This document shows, piece by piece, positions 63,762-64,000 of a DNA stretch of 64,000 nucleotides (its first letter is position 1; every line of letters begins with the position of its first letter). Source of the stretch: Mytilus californianus (lineage: Eukaryota); the NCBI RefSeq assembly GCF_021869535.1, contig NW_026262581.1, forward strand, positions 33,356,001 through 33,420,000, read 5' to 3'. The notes beneath the pieces were generated by a model that was not told where the DNA came from, made no database searches, and worked only from the letters and a program-made list of their open reading frames with translations. Made by a program: the position numbers and the translations under genes.

Positions 63762-63958
63762 ATTAGTTTCCAGTTTGGAAGTATGCACAGATCAATTCAC
63801 AAACATGTTGGGTGAAAGCCACTGTCCAGATGCCATAATTAAAGCTGGCCTCCAGTCTTCGACAGCAAAACAGTGGATTCAAGATAATTACCCAACAGTC
63901 AACCTAGATGAATGTTTCAAAGTGTATCAACCAGGTCAATCTGGTGGTGATTCAGAAT
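63762..63958 (+). CDS. Cys-module protein, exon 6 (module 2, B half); gene continues beyond window
   Basis: atttcag|A TTA GTT..., phase 2. Encodes LVSSLEVCTDQFTNMLGESHCPDAIIKAGLQSSTAKQWIQDNYPTVNLDECFKVYQPGQSGGDSE. Phase-1 donors are possible after 63958 (gtaaag) or 63934 (gtcaat); the frame is open to the window end. Confidence 0.82.
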
Positions 63959-64000
63959 GTAAAGATTTTATATACATCTCTAAACATACACAAGATGCAA

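Overview
AT-rich, intron-containing animal genomic DNA. The repeat families and gene content suggest a bivalve mollusc, probably Mytilus-like (inference; no database was searched). Genes were rebuilt by hand from GT-AG junctions with matching reading phase. (1) Two tandem minus-strand universal stress protein (UspA-domain) genes: one complete 4-exon, 154-aa gene (17230..12499) and one running off the left edge (8228..1). (2) A single-exon class A bHLH transcription factor, closest by eye to Mesp/mesogenin (18479/18590..19504). (3) A minus-strand single-pass receptor with a Cys-rich ectodomain and a 164-aa tail holding 10 tyrosines in ITIM/ITAM-like motifs (at least 5 exons, 33887..25716; 5' end unresolved). 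(4) An isolated RING-H2 ORF (46569..46835). (5) A plus-strand signal-peptide protein with at least two tandem 6-Cys modules, each split over a phase 1-2-1 exon pair (55786 to about 63958, continuing past the window). Genes 3 and 5 appear to share the same unrecognised two-exon Cys module and are the best candidate for an undescribed receptor family. Non-coding DNA is rich in MITEs, and includes an IS3EU-like element with a nested CR1/L2 LINE, a Kolobok-like element, minisatellites and a 23-bp array made of copies of a USP splice donor. No rRNA, intact tRNA or CRISPR array was seen.
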